A DNA stretch of 64,000 bases from an uncultured Candidatus Saccharibacteria bacterium (GCA_964550955.1 CAZKAF010000001.1:318197-382196); one strand, 5' to 3'; shown: positions 1 to 10,307, counted from the first letter of the stretch. The notes: a model not told the origin generated them from the sequence alone. Program-made: numbers and translations.

Positions 1-1
1 C

Positions 2-496
2 GTAAGAGACCGTTTTAAAACATCTCTTCAAGATAGAGATGCTGATAGAAAGAAACTCTCTAAACAGCTGACAAACCTAGAGGACCTTAAGAGGTCTCTT
101 ATCGATAAAAATCATAGAGGGGTTGTAAACGATGAAATTTTAAAAGAAGAGCTCGACAGAATCACGCTCGAAAAGTCTGATATTTCAGCAAAAATATACG
201 ATCATGAGGAAACATTACCCAAAATAGACGAGGTCCTAGCATATGCAGAAAAGTTTCTTAGATCACCTGGTACTTTCTGGGATGAAGCAGGAATCAGGAC
301 AAAGCTAGCATTACAGTGGTTCCAATTCCCTTCTGGAGTTGTATATTCTGGAGAAAAGTTTGGAACCACCGAAGTAGCTAGTCTTTTCAACACAAAAGAG
401 GCTTTTCAGCCTCTTCAGTCTTCTTTGGTGGACCCTACAGGACTCGAACCTGCCACCTCCTCAGTGCAAATGAGGCGCTCTAGCCAGATGAGCTAA
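2..496 (+). CDS. partial CDS with its N-terminus beyond the window edge; the C-terminal region resembles the tail of a large serine recombinase/integrase; AT-rich
   Basis: Frame 2 is open from the window edge to TAA at 494-496. It is absent from the ORF track because it has no internal Met start. A coiled-coil-like stretch (KEELDRITLEKSDISAKIYDHEE) is followed by FWDEAGIRTKLALQWFQFPSGVVYSGEKF, which resembles recombinase C-termini in pattern. The region is far more AT-rich than its neighbours. The last ~23 codons are antisense to tRNA-Ala, so the true stop is uncertain. Confidence 0.35.
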   Translation, partial: VRDRFKTSLQDRDADRKKLSKQLTNLEDLKRSLIDKNHRGVVNDEILKEELDRITLEKSDISAKIYDHEETLPKIDEVLAYAEKFLRSPGTFWDEAGIRTKLALQWFQFPSGVVYSGEKFGTTEVASLFNTKEAFQPLQSSLVDPTGLEPATSSVQMRRSSQMS

Positions 497-502
497 GGGC
501 CC
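426..502 (-). tRNA. tRNA-Ala(TGC), CCA encoded
   Basis: The reverse complement gives GGGCCCTTAGCTCA...CCTCATTTGCACTGAGG...GGTTCGAGTCC...GGGTCCACCA. It has a 7-bp acceptor stem with the G3:U70 Ala identity pair, anticodon loop TTTGCAC, a TTCGAGT T-loop and a 3' CCA. Confidence 0.85.
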
Positions 503-615
503 GTCTTGAAATTGCCCGCCGCCGGGCCGCATTCCCTTGTTCGCCTGACCTTGCCCGCAAGGGGCTTGAACCGGCTGATTCGGCGCCTGGCCGGCACCGA
601 ATGAGAACTATATTA

Positions 616-1782
616 CTATTTTCCTCGCTTTAGAGCAAGTCGTATCAGATGCTCGATGAATTCATGGTGCGGGATGCCCGCGGCATCGAGGGACTTGTAA
701 ATCGGAGCGTGCTCGTGGATATGCGGCAAGGCATTCACCTCGAGGATATACACCCCGCGCTTCGGATGAACGATGAAGTCGGCCGTGGCGAAATGCGACA
801 GGCCGAGCTCCTTCCGAACTGTTTTCATTGCATTTTCGACGGCCTGCTTTTCGGCCGGAGTAAGCGTCGAGGGACTGTGATGGTCATACGCCCCGGTGAA
901 CTTCTTGGACCAGTCGAACATGTTATGGTGCCCGTGATGCTTCTTGTGCCCGTGCCTCGATCCGCCGACGGCATATTCCCCCGCTTCCGCCAGCGTCTTT
1001 TCCCGGATTTCCTCTGCCAGCATCTGCTCTTCCGGCGAGAGGTCGCTCATCGTCACCTCGGCGCTTTTCGCATCCTCGACCGGGTCGCTCAAGTGAATCG
1101 GCTTCTTCTCCGGCTTAACTTCCACCGGAAACATGTGATACAGATCTTGCCCCCTGAAGTCATCTATGAACCCGGAGATGATTTCCTTGCCGGTTATGTG
1201 CTCCTCGACCAGAACCTCGTTTGAAAATCCGCGAGCGTGGTCAAGGGCCTCTATCAGTTCCTGAAAATTTGAAGCAAAGGAAACGCCGAGCGACGAGCCC
1301 ATGCCCTTCGGCTTTACCACCACGGGCATCGGAAATGACTTGAACAGGCCGTGCGCGATCGGCTCAAGGTCCTCTCCGTGAGGCAAGTTCAGCTCCTTGT
1401 GATACGGGGTCTTGATGCCATGCGCCTTGAAATGATCCTTGGTCAGGCCCTTGTTGAGCGTCAGGGCGGTGGCATACGCATCGGAGCCGACATACGGCAT
1501 CCTGAAAAGATTGAGAATGTTCTGGAGCTGGCCGCCCTCGTCCATTCCGCCCTTGAGGGCGTTAAAGACGATGTCCACCCGCCTGAGAGCAAGCTCGGGC
1601 GTCATGGGAAGTCCGTCTATGTGCCAGATGCCTTCCTTGTCGATGAAAATGTCCACCCCCTTGTACCGCTTCGAAAGCGGCTCCCTGTTTAGGATATTCA
1701 GGATATGCTGGCCCGTCTTCAAGGAAACCTCATATTCATGAGAGGGACCGCCCCGAAGCACGCCTACGCGAATGAGTGACAT
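616..1782 (-). CDS. ddl: D-alanine--D-alanine ligase (ATP-grasp) with a His-rich internal insertion
   Basis: The 388-aa ORF starts IRVGVLRGGPSHEYEVSLKTG and ends YILEVNALP, which are typical Ddl N- and C-terminal motifs. An insertion of about 85 aa (HGHKKHHGHH...) lies in the central domain. Confidence 0.85.
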   Translation of the reverse strand: MSLIRVGVLRGGPSHEYEVSLKTGQHILNILNREPLSKRYKGVDIFIDKEGIWHIDGLPMTPELALRRVDIVFNALKGGMDEGGQLQNILNLFRMPYVGSDAYATALTLNKGLTKDHFKAHGIKTPYHKELNLPHGEDLEPIAHGLFKSFPMPVVVKPKGMGSSLGVSFASNFQELIEALDHARGFSNEVLVEEHITGKEIISGFIDDFRGQDLYHMFPVEVKPEKKPIHLSDPVEDAKSAEVTMSDLSPEEQMLAEEIREKTLAEAGEYAVGGSRHGHKKHHGHHNMFDWSKKFTGAYDHHSPSTLTPAEKQAVENAMKTVRKELGLSHFATADFIVHPKRGVYILEVNALPHIHEHAPIYKSLDAAGIPHHEFIEHLIRLALKRGK

Positions 1783-1883
1783 ATGTAGATGATTATAGTC
1801 TATATCCCCCGTTGTCGAAACCGGATACGGCCCGCGGTCTGTGGACGGCTGGAATGCCAGGCCGAATTCAGGAAAGCACCGAA

Positions 1884-2408
1884 CTACTTGACGATGCTAA
1901 AATGCAGCACGTCAATCCTCTTTCCGGCCTTTGCCCTTGCGCCCTTAAACAAGCCGTCCTGTACGAATCCGGCTTTTTCGAAAACCTTCTGCATGGGAAC
2001 ATTCCCCTCTTCAACCTCCGCACCGATGTACTCGATGCCAAAACCCTGAAAGCTGCGCTCGACGAGCGACCTGATAACGTCGGTAGCCATTCCTTTCCCC
2101 TGATAGTTTTTGTCGCCAATCACGATGCCTAGCCCCGCGACCTTATGATGCGGATTGATATCGAACAGCGAAACCGTGCCGATGGCGGTGCCGTCTTTGG
2201 TTTCGATTGACCAATAATATCCTTCCTTGTCATCTTCGCATTCTTGCATGTAGTCATACTGTTCGCCGATATCTTGCGGCTCATTTTTAGGCTCGGGCAT
2301 ATGCGCTTGAATTTCAGGGTCAATGTCCCATGCCTGCCAAAGCAAGGCGTCTTCCTTCCTGAAAGGACGGAGAGTGCATTGTTCTGTCTGGATTATTGGG
2401 GAAATCAT
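1884..2408 (-). CDS. GNAT-family N-acetyltransferase (RimJ/RimL-like)
   Basis: 174 aa; CTLRPFRKEDA...VSLFDINPHHKVAGLGIVIGDKNYQGKGMATDV matches the acetyl-CoA binding pattern of RimL-type GNATs. Confidence 0.8.
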   Translation of the reverse strand: MISPIIQTEQCTLRPFRKEDALLWQAWDIDPEIQAHMPEPKNEPQDIGEQYDYMQECEDDKEGYYWSIETKDGTAIGTVSLFDINPHHKVAGLGIVIGDKNYQGKGMATDVIRSLVERSFQGFGIEYIGAEVEEGNVPMQKVFEKAGFVQDGLFKGARAKAGKRIDVLHFSIVK

Positions 2409-2469
2409 AACTTAGTACACATTAATTTTACCAAATTTTATCACGGATGCGACCCAACATCCCGAAAAT

Positions 2470-4041
2470 CTACGCAAACATGTTCTTCGATCTCAGCGCC
2501 TTATGGCTCTTGAGCGCGAACCTGTGGCATTCGGCGTTTATCTTTACCGCCTCATCGTTGCTGATGATGCTTTGCCTTCCATGTGGACGCGAACCAAAGC
2601 TCATGCCGCCTTTCGATTTATCTGTCCCTGTCCCAAAACTGCTGCCGCCCAACCTTGATCCGTTGCCAGAACCATTGCCAGCTCCGGGACGACGAGAAAG
2701 CGAAGACGACCTGAGCACCTCCCTTGCCTTATGCGACGAGTCCTTGACGATGGAAACTATCTCGATGAAATCGAGCTCTTTCGCCCTGTCCTGCCTGGCG
2801 AAGATTTCCTGCATGACTTTCTTGGCATGGAGCATATGCGTTTTTCCTCCATCAATGACTATGGCTTGCGGCAGATTACATTCGACATGAGAAAAGCGGC
2901 GCGTCAGGATTTCTTCAAGCGAAGACAGGTCATCGCCGCCCTTCGCCGTCTTTATATTAAATTTTCTATATTCATTCTTGTTAAATTCTCCCTCTTCGAG
3001 CACCACCATCGCTCCGACGGCGCTCGTGCCGGATATGTGCGCGACATCGTATGCCTCGATGCGCGCGATTCCCGCATCAAGATTTGAACCGAGATTTGAA
3101 ACTTTTTCCTTTCCGGACGCGACATCAGCGACTGACCCGAACTCAGCTTCCTTCTTGATCATTGAAATGTCGCGAATGTGAGAAAGCGAATAGAGGATGC
3201 GCTTCACCTCCTGCGCCTGCTCGAACTCCATCTTTTTTGCATGCTGATGCATGCGCTTTTCAAGATCCGCGACGACCTTCTCTTTCTTGCCTTGGAAGAA
3301 GAGCCTGAGGTCTTCGATTCTCTTGGCATACTGCGCCTTGCTCATTTCCCCGGTGCAGACGCCGGGACAAAGACCAATGCTCCGATTGAAGCACGGCTTG
3401 GCCAGCTGCTCTTTTTCCTTCACGACTCTTGCGCCAGACTCGTCGAGCTCGGCTTTCTTTCGCGCTACCGGCGGCCCGCTATACGGGATGCATTTGTCGC
3501 GGTACGGAAAAATTCTCCGGATGATTTTGAGGGCCTCCCTCAGCTCAGCGCCAAAGGGATACGGGCCGAATACGTCCGTGTATTCATACCCGAGCGCGGC
3601 CAGCTGCTCTTCCGAAGTCTTTCCGGCAAGCTTCAGGTTTCTTCCGCGCGCCACGAGCACTCTCGGAAAATCTTCCTTTGTAAAGACAACGTAGTTGAAG
3701 CTCTTGTTGTCTTTCTCTTTCGTATTGTACCGAGGCTGGTTTTCTTTTATGAGCTCGGTCTCGAGAATGAACGCTTCGAGAACCGAGTCCGTTTCCCGAT
3801 ACGTCACGGTATCCGCCTGCGCGATCATGTCCACCAGAAGCCGTCCCCGGGTCTTTATCAGATCATCGCTGAAATAGCTTCGCACGCGGTCCTTGAGCGA
3901 AGTCGCCTTGCCGATATATATGATTTCCTCGCCAACCCCCGCGCCCGGCTGCCGATCAATCTGCGCGGCAGCGGTTTTTTTGAAGAAATATACGCCCGGC
4001 GCGTCAGGAAAATCCAGTTTGTGAAAGTCAGTAAGCTGCAT
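2470..4041 (-). CDS. uvrC: excinuclease ABC subunit C, short form with a Gly/Ser-rich C-terminal tail
   Basis: GIY-YIG motif (GVYFFKK...IYIGKATSLKDRVRSYF), UvrBC-interaction region and an endonuclease domain. The start is assigned to ATG at 4041 (MQLTDF), because the longer track ORF to 4608 overlaps the upstream membrane-protein gene in another frame. The usual HhH tail is replaced by a GAGNGSGNGS low-complexity segment. Confidence 0.85.
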   Translation of the reverse strand: MQLTDFHKLDFPDAPGVYFFKKTAAAQIDRQPGAGVGEEIIYIGKATSLKDRVRSYFSDDLIKTRGRLLVDMIAQADTVTYRETDSVLEAFILETELIKENQPRYNTKEKDNKSFNYVVFTKEDFPRVLVARGRNLKLAGKTSEEQLAALGYEYTDVFGPYPFGAELREALKIIRRIFPYRDKCIPYSGPPVARKKAELDESGARVVKEKEQLAKPCFNRSIGLCPGVCTGEMSKAQYAKRIEDLRLFFQGKKEKVVADLEKRMHQHAKKMEFEQAQEVKRILYSLSHIRDISMIKKEAEFGSVADVASGKEKVSNLGSNLDAGIARIEAYDVAHISGTSAVGAMVVLEEGEFNKNEYRKFNIKTAKGGDDLSSLEEILTRRFSHVECNLPQAIVIDGGKTHMLHAKKVMQEIFARQDRAKELDFIEIVSIVKDSSHKAREVLRSSSLSRRPGAGNGSGNGSRLGGSSFGTGTDKSKGGMSFGSRPHGRQSIISNDEAVKINAECHRFALKSHKALRSKNMFA

Positions 4042-4046
4042 GTGCG

Positions 4047-4385
4047 TTAGTTGAGATAAGCGTATGACAGAAGCGCCACGATGACGGCCAAGCCGATGAC
4101 CGCCGCCACGCCTCCGAGAAAGATTCTGCCGAATGTCTTGACTGCCCATCGGACAAGAATGAAAGCCCAGATGATGCCTGCAACCAATGCTGTCATGCCG
4201 ACATGAATATTCCATTTTGCCTGACACGGGATAGAGTCGCCAGCACCCTGAACGCAAGGCGCGAGCAGGTTGAAGAAATCGCCGACCAGATGGCTGTACC
4301 CGGAATGCAAGGCAAGCCAGTATACGAGCGCGGAGACGATGATGCCGATGGAAGCGGTCACGGGATTGAGCAGGAATGAAATCAT
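4047..4385 (-). CDS. small hydrophobic membrane protein (start uncertain; alternatives up to 4517)
   Basis: Three predicted TM helices (MISFLLNPVTASIGIIVSALVYWLAL...). The stop lies 5 nt before the uvrC start. Confidence 0.4.
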   Translation of the reverse strand: MISFLLNPVTASIGIIVSALVYWLALHSGYSHLVGDFFNLLAPCVQGAGDSIPCQAKWNIHVGMTALVAGIIWAFILVRWAVKTFGRIFLGGVAAVIGLAVIVALLSYAYLN

Positions 4386-4513
4386 GACTAAAGTATATCC
4401 ATAACGGCAAAGAAGTAAAATCTGATTCCGAAATATCATGCGTTGAAAATAAAAGCCCTGCACGCCGAAGCATGCAGGGTTTTGGCAGTCTTTGCCATGC
4501 AGCCGATGCCATT

Positions 4514-5437
4514 TCACGGCAAGGGCCAGGAATTGCGGACGGCGAGCACCCGCAGTTCCAGGCTGACCGCGCGCCAGTCAGGCTCGAAAGAAGAAGCATC
4601 GGAAACATGCCCGGCGACTTGATCCAAGGAGGCGCATTCCGTCCTTCGGCAGATCATTTCCGCCAACATGTCGAGCTCCGCCTTGTCGAGCGGAAGGCGG
4701 TCAATCAGGGAATGGTCGATGCGGGCCAAATCCGTGAATGCCTCCCACTTCTTGATCCGCGCCAGGCTTTTGGCGCGGTCCGAATCGTCATCATGCCCTG
4801 CCTTCAGGGCATCGCTTGCCCATATCGCGGAGAAGAGGTTGCCGATGAATTTCCTCATCACGTCCGTCGCGCCTTCGCCCGCCATGGACAGAGGATGTCC
4901 CTGCGGCGCCAGATATTCGAACGGATTGCTCAGGTTCTGAACAGTTCTCGCCGCAACCGGATCCGGCTTGAAGAATGTCACGATGTCATCGTAAAATCCC
5001 CGTATCAGGACGTATTCTTCAAGCTGGACAGAAGCTGCGAGCCGCGCGGAGGCAGCCCTGTTCATGCGGTCAAAAAACCGCAGCAGGACAAGCATCGCCT
5101 CCTTCTGAACGGACAGAAGGAGATCAGACTTTTTTCTGACGGAATGCGGCTCTCCTTTCATGGAATGCGCCGCGTCGGACAGGCCGTCGGCCCAATCAAG
5201 AATGACGTTCCTGAGAACGAGCGTCCATTCCTGAGGAGACAGGGTCTCCGGAATCCCGCGCAGCATTCCCAAGCGCTCCTCATGGCTGGTTCTGGCATCC
5301 TTGAATCTTCTCATCCACCTGGTCAGATTGAAATCCCCGACATTCCTGTATCTCTCGCGAAGCCGAGTTTTCGCTCTGACCCAAGGCACCACTTTCCGGG
5401 TGACGCCGTCCGATCCAACCTCTTTCGATATAGTCAT
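4514..5437 (-). CDS. hypothetical protein with no recognisable domain
   Basis: 307-aa ORF with balanced amino-acid composition, co-oriented with its neighbours. The antisense 338-aa ORF is Arg/Pro/Gly-rich, typical of a GC-rich antisense artefact. Confidence 0.5.
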   Translation of the reverse strand: MTISKEVGSDGVTRKVVPWVRAKTRLRERYRNVGDFNLTRWMRRFKDARTSHEERLGMLRGIPETLSPQEWTLVLRNVILDWADGLSDAAHSMKGEPHSVRKKSDLLLSVQKEAMLVLLRFFDRMNRAASARLAASVQLEEYVLIRGFYDDIVTFFKPDPVAARTVQNLSNPFEYLAPQGHPLSMAGEGATDVMRKFIGNLFSAIWASDALKAGHDDDSDRAKSLARIKKWEAFTDLARIDHSLIDRLPLDKAELDMLAEMICRRTECASLDQVAGHVSDASSFEPDWRAVSLELRVLAVRNSWPLP

Positions 5438-5658
5438 GGCAACTGCCCTCGCTTTCTATGTTTGACGTTAGTTAAGCACAATGGCTGATTTATATGGCAC
5501 GCGGGCGCGGCACGAGGCCGAACTCGCAGCATTATGACAAAGTTCTATGGGAACTTGCCCCTTATTCAAAAGTAATGATACACGCGCTTTCCTAGAATGC
5601 AACGCCGTCTTTGAGCTTTGCCGCGAGATCTGCTTGCCCGCCCATCTTTTGCAACATC

Positions 5659-8520
5659 CTACCGCTTCTTCAGCACCCTTCTCAAATATTCGCCGGTATG
5701 GCTCTTCGGATTATTGGCAACTTCTTCGGGAGTTCCCTTCGCCACTATCTTTCCGCCGCCGATGCCGCCGAGAGGGCCGATGTCGATAACGTAGTCCGAT
5801 GACTTGATGATATCCATGCTGTGCTCGATGACCACGACGGTGTTACCTTTCTGCACGAGCTTTTGCATGATTTCTATGAGCTTTCGCACGTCTTCGTAGT
5901 GAAGGCCGATGGTCGGCTCGTCGAGCAGATACATGGTTTTCTGGACATGAGGCCGATACAGTTCCGCTGACACCTTCACTCGCTGCGCCTCTCCGCCGGA
6001 AAGCGTAGTCGCGGACTGGCCGAGCTCGAGATATCCAAGACCTACTTCGTTCAAGGTATTCAAACGATCAGAAATTGAAGGGACATCTTCGAAGAACGCG
6101 AGAGCCTCTTCAACCGTCATCTTGAGCACTTCATAGATGTTCTTCTTCTTGTATCGCACTTCGAGCGTTTCCTTCATGAACCTCTTTCCGTTGCAGACAT
6201 CGCAGGTCACGTATACCGTCGGGAGGAAATGCATTTCCACTTCGATCATTCCGTTACCCTGGCAGTTCTCGCATCGCCCGCCTTTGACGTTGAAGGAGAA
6301 CCTGCTCGCCTTCCAGCCTCTGGCGCGCGCCTCGACGGTCTCGGCAAACATGTCCCGGATATGCGTCCAGGCGCCCGTATATGTCGCGGGGTTCGATCTT
6401 GGCGTCCGGCCGATAGGACTCTGATCGATGAGAATGGTTCGTCCCAAATACTCGGTGCCGGAGAAGCTTGCGCAGTTATAAATATTCGCGGACCGATGAT
6501 CCCGGTCGAGCCTTGCCAGCAAGTTCTTGTGAAGAATTTCGTATACAAATGAAGACTTGCCCGAGCCCGAAACGCCCGTAACCGTCGTCAGCCTTCCAAG
6601 AGGAACCTCGATGTTCATATTGTCGATATTGTTCACCTTGCCTCCGACGACCTTGATCCACCCCTTGTCCGCATCCCTTCTCTTTTCGGGAATTTCAATG
6701 ACCCTGTCTCCCCGAAGATAATCGAGCGTCACCGATTCGGTCGGATTAGTCTTGGCAGTCAGGAGCTCGCTGAGCCAGCCCGAAGCGATGACGTGCCCGC
6801 CATGAACTCCGGCGCCCGGCCCGATGTCTATGATGTAGTCAGCCGCGAAGATGGTGTCCTCGTCATGCTCCACGACGACGAGCGTATTCCCGAGGTCCCG
6901 AAGCTGAAGCAAGGTCTTGATGAGCCGGTCGTTGTCGCGCTGATGAAGGCCGATGGTCGGCTCGTCGAGCACGTAGAGCGCGCCCACCAGTCCGGAACCG
7001 AGCTGCGATGCCAGCCGGATGCGCTGGGCTTCGCCTCCCGAGAGCGTGTTCGCCTTTCGGTTAAGGGAAAGATATTCGATGCCGACGTCGTTCATGAACA
7101 CCAGTCGGGCCACGATTTCCTTGATGACGACTTTGGCAATTTCCGCGTCAACTTCGTTCAGCGGCAGATTGTTGAAGAAATGCAGGGAGCTTTCGATCGA
7201 AAGCGCGGTGAGGTCCACGATATTGATTCTCTTTTCAACTGTCTTTCCCTTGGCGTCAGTCTCGATTCCCATCAAGAAAACATGAAGGGCTTCGGGTCGA
7301 AGCCTGTCTCCCTTGCAGACAGGGCACGGATCGTTTATGAAAAAATGCCTTGTTCCGAGACCGTTGCATTCAGGGCAGGCGCCGTGCGGCGAGTTGAACG
7401 AGAAAAGCCTCGGCTCGACCTCGGGGAAGGAAAACCCGTCATGCGGACACATGAACTTCGAAGAGACCAGCTGATCGGTAGTCGTTGCCGGATTCTGCGT
7501 ATCGCCGTCATCCACGACGATGCGGATAAGGCCGTCAGCCTCATGGAGCGCGCGCTCGACCGACTCGTTGAGCCGCTCCCGGAAGCTCGCCGAGTTGTCG
7601 CTGATTTCCGAAATGTAAAACTGGTCGACGAGAATGTCGATGTCATGCTTCTTGGTCTTCGAGAGCACGATCTGTTCCCGCAGCTTCTTCACCGCCCCGT
7701 CCACTCGAGCCTCGTCATATCCCTTGCCGAGCATGTCATAGAGAAGCTGATAGTATTCGCCCTTCCTGCCGACGACGACCGGCGCGTAAATCTTGAACAT
7801 CCGCGTATCGAGCTCGACGCCCATCACCTTCTTTACCTTTGCGGCGGCTTTCTTTGAAGCGGAGGCGGCTGTAGCCGCACCCAAGGTAGCTGCTGCAGAA
7901 GCATCGCCTGATTTTGCCGAAGAATCCGAAGGACCTGAAGAAGCGCTGCTTTCCACGATATTGAAAATGGTCTGAAGAATTTCCTCTTTCGAGAGCTTCT
8001 TTATTTCCCTTCCGCACTCCAAGCAATGCGGCTTGCCGACTCGGGCGAAGAGAATTCGCAAGTAGTCGTAGATTTCGGTAATGGTCGCGACCGTTGATCG
8101 AGGATTGTTTGACCTGGACTTCTGGTCAATCGAGATGGCGGGAGAAAGGCCGACGATTTCGTCGACATCAGGCTTCTGCATCTGCCTTAGGAATTGCCGC
8201 GCATACGAAGAGAGCGATTCGACGTATCGCCTTTGGCCTTCGGCAAAAATAGTATCGAATGCAAGCGATGATTTTCCTGAACCGGAAAGCCCCGTGATGA
8301 CGACCATCTTGTTTCGCGGCATCTCAACCGAGATGTTTTTCAAGTTATGAGTCCTGGCGCCGCGCACGATGATGCTGTCTCCGACGGACATGTCAGTTCG
8401 GACTTTCTGCGCGACCAAGGGCTTTGAAGGCTTCTTTGCAGGCTCAAACCTTTGCCCGGATTTTGATGCAGCGCCAGGTTCAGATTGAGGATTTTTTGAG
8501 CTTTTTTTCATAATATCCAT
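5659..8520 (-). CDS. uvrA: excinuclease ABC subunit A
   Basis: 953 aa with two ABC ATPase modules ([14 protein letters not shown]...[12 protein letters not shown]; [11 protein letters not shown]...[12 protein letters not shown]) and zinc-finger CxxC pairs. Confidence 0.95.
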   Translation of the reverse strand: MDIMKKSSKNPQSEPGAASKSGQRFEPAKKPSKPLVAQKVRTDMSVGDSIIVRGARTHNLKNISVEMPRNKMVVITGLSGSGKSSLAFDTIFAEGQRRYVESLSSYARQFLRQMQKPDVDEIVGLSPAISIDQKSRSNNPRSTVATITEIYDYLRILFARVGKPHCLECGREIKKLSKEEILQTIFNIVESSASSGPSDSSAKSGDASAAATLGAATAASASKKAAAKVKKVMGVELDTRMFKIYAPVVVGRKGEYYQLLYDMLGKGYDEARVDGAVKKLREQIVLSKTKKHDIDILVDQFYISEISDNSASFRERLNESVERALHEADGLIRIVVDDGDTQNPATTTDQLVSSKFMCPHDGFSFPEVEPRLFSFNSPHGACPECNGLGTRHFFINDPCPVCKGDRLRPEALHVFLMGIETDAKGKTVEKRINIVDLTALSIESSLHFFNNLPLNEVDAEIAKVVIKEIVARLVFMNDVGIEYLSLNRKANTLSGGEAQRIRLASQLGSGLVGALYVLDEPTIGLHQRDNDRLIKTLLQLRDLGNTLVVVEHDEDTIFAADYIIDIGPGAGVHGGHVIASGWLSELLTAKTNPTESVTLDYLRGDRVIEIPEKRRDADKGWIKVVGGKVNNIDNMNIEVPLGRLTTVTGVSGSGKSSFVYEILHKNLLARLDRDHRSANIYNCASFSGTEYLGRTILIDQSPIGRTPRSNPATYTGAWTHIRDMFAETVEARARGWKASRFSFNVKGGRCENCQGNGMIEVEMHFLPTVYVTCDVCNGKRFMKETLEVRYKKKNIYEVLKMTVEEALAFFEDVPSISDRLNTLNEVGLGYLELGQSATTLSGGEAQRVKVSAELYRPHVQKTMYLLDEPTIGLHYEDVRKLIEIMQKLVQKGNTVVVIEHSMDIIKSSDYVIDIGPLGGIGGGKIVAKGTPEEVANNPKSHTGEYLRRVLKKR

Positions 8521-8622
8521 ACAGTATACATAAAATCAGGATAAAATGAACCGCGGTTCATCATCTTTAATGACCTGATTGATTCCGGCTTTATGCAGAG
8601 TCTGCTGGCTGTCGCCCCATGG

Positions 8623-10307
8623 CTATTTCAGCCCGTTCATTGCGCCCCGAGATATGGGGCCGAAGTATCCGACAGCAGGACTGATGCCGCTTGCTGCCTG
8701 AAAGCGGGCCAGCGCATTGCGAGTAAGCGCTCCGAATGTTGTCGTCTCGCTGCCCGGAGAACCGGGACCGCTTGGCGCAATCGCAAAACCGAGGGCATTC
8801 AGCCTGATTTGCAGGAGCCTGACTTCCGGATCATGGGATCCGATCTGCAAGTCCTTGGAGAACATGATTCCGACGGCATCGGAAGACGGGCTTGAGGAAC
8901 CGCCGCAACGGATTCCCGTCAAGACATTGAACAGGTCACCAGGACCGCAAACAGAAACGGGGCTTGTAGATGCGGGTGAATTAAAATAATTTCCAAATAT
9001 TTTGAATATTTCAGACGGAGAAAGGGCCGAGGAAGAGACAGCCGTGCGGCCTGAGACTACCGGAGGGGCGGCATCATTTCCACTCCCTGATTCCGGATCC
9101 GGCTCATCGCTTTCTTCAATCAGCCTGACCAAATAATTCACAGGATTACCATCAAATGACGCGAACTGTCCGGCGGCATAGATTCTTCCAAGCGAGTCAA
9201 CGCTCACATCATCAACGATTGCGCCGAACCCCGCATTGCCGATATCGAAACTTTCATCTCGCGATCCGTCCAGATTCAAACGGACCATGCGAGGCGCGAA
9301 TTCGCCGTTATACGCGGTGAAATTGCCGCCGCAAGTATCTTATTATTTGAATCGAGATCAAGCGCGCCATAGTACGGAGCAAAGATGTTAAGCCCTGATC
9401 CTGGAGGAAAGGAAACGTCTCTCGTTCCGTCCTCGTTAAGCAGAATCATGGTGGAAGACGCGGTCGTTGAGGACACCCCGTCATATGAAGTGTAGGTGCT
9501 GGCGATAAGTATCTTGTTATTCGGGAGCTGCAACATTGAATGCGTGAGAGCTGAGCCTGCCGCAGCAGTTGTTCCCAGATAAAAACTTTCATCGAGAGTG
9601 CCATCTTCGTTGAGTCTGACAATCCTTGAGGGAGTGGCAGTTCCGTTGAACGTTCCGAACGTGCCGCCTATCACGATCTTGCCGTCCGCCTGCTGCAGGA
9701 CGGCGCCGGGATATGTCGGGAAACCTGTGCCAGTATTCGCAGCGAACGCCTGATCCAATGTTCCGTCAGCATTGATTCTTGCCACCCGGGCTGACGAGCT
9801 TCCGTTATACGAACCAAAATTTCCTACGAAGACAATGCGGCCCGAACTATCGGCCTTGGCATGGTACGTCGTATTATTGAATCCCGTGCCCGCATTAAAG
9901 GTATTATCCCTCGTGCCGTCCGGATTGAGCCGAAGAATCCTGCCTGCAGCAACGCCTCCGAATGTCGTAAAATTACCAAATGCAACTATTTTGTCATCAG
10001 GGAGCAAGACAAACCCCCGGACCTGATTGTTGAAAATTAGGCTGTCTGGGTTAAAGCTGAGGTCATGCGTACCGTCGGCGTTCAAGCGCGCAATGCGGCT
10101 GGCGCTTGTTGTCGCCCCGTTAATCGCCGTGAAATTTCCAGCGACTATTATCTTTCCGTTCGACTGAACTTCGACTTGATACGGCGTAGCATTAAATGTC
10201 GGAGGAGTAAAACTCGAATCCAGAACAACGGATTGCGCGCTTGTAATTATTGGTAATGCCGCAAAAAAAGCTATGGCAAAAAACAAGAGTGGAATTTTAT
10301 TTCTCAT
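8623..10307 (-). pseudogene. secreted delta-60-repeat protein with a C-terminal peptidoglycan-binding domain, interrupted by a single-base frameshift near 9338
   Basis: A signal peptide (MRNKIPLLFFAIAFFAALPIITSAQS) is followed by more than 8 repeats of xRLNxDGTLDxSF. Track ORFs 9276..10391 and 8623..9288 overlap. The repeat pattern continues seamlessly (..NNKILAGGNFTAYNGEFAPRMVRLNLDGS..) if one base is restored in CTTGC-GGCGGC. The C-terminus carries a PG_binding_1-like motif (LQIRLNALGF...TFGALTRNALARFQAASGI). Confidence 0.6.

Noticed and set aside
2470-4608. 712-aa track ORF treated as full-length uvrC
   Set aside because: The first 189 codons overlap the 4047..4517 membrane-protein ORF in another frame and have an Arg/Gly/Pro-rich composition. 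The GIY-YIG domain begins right after ATG 4041, so the start was moved there.
4472-5488. 338-aa plus-strand ORF antisense to the 4514..5437 gene
   Set aside because: Arg/Pro/Gly-rich composition typical of the antisense frame of GC-rich coding DNA. The minus-strand ORF is co-oriented with its neighbours and has balanced composition.
6793-7857. 354-aa plus-strand ORF inside uvrA (and similar long antisense ORFs inside purM 14578..15498, uvrB 20594..21628, topA 31174..31986, parB 33747..34580, clpB 47749..48375 and cysteine desulfurase 50407..51054)
   Set aside because: All lie entirely within well-supported genes on the opposite strand and have low-complexity Arg-rich translations. They are GC-rich antisense artefacts.
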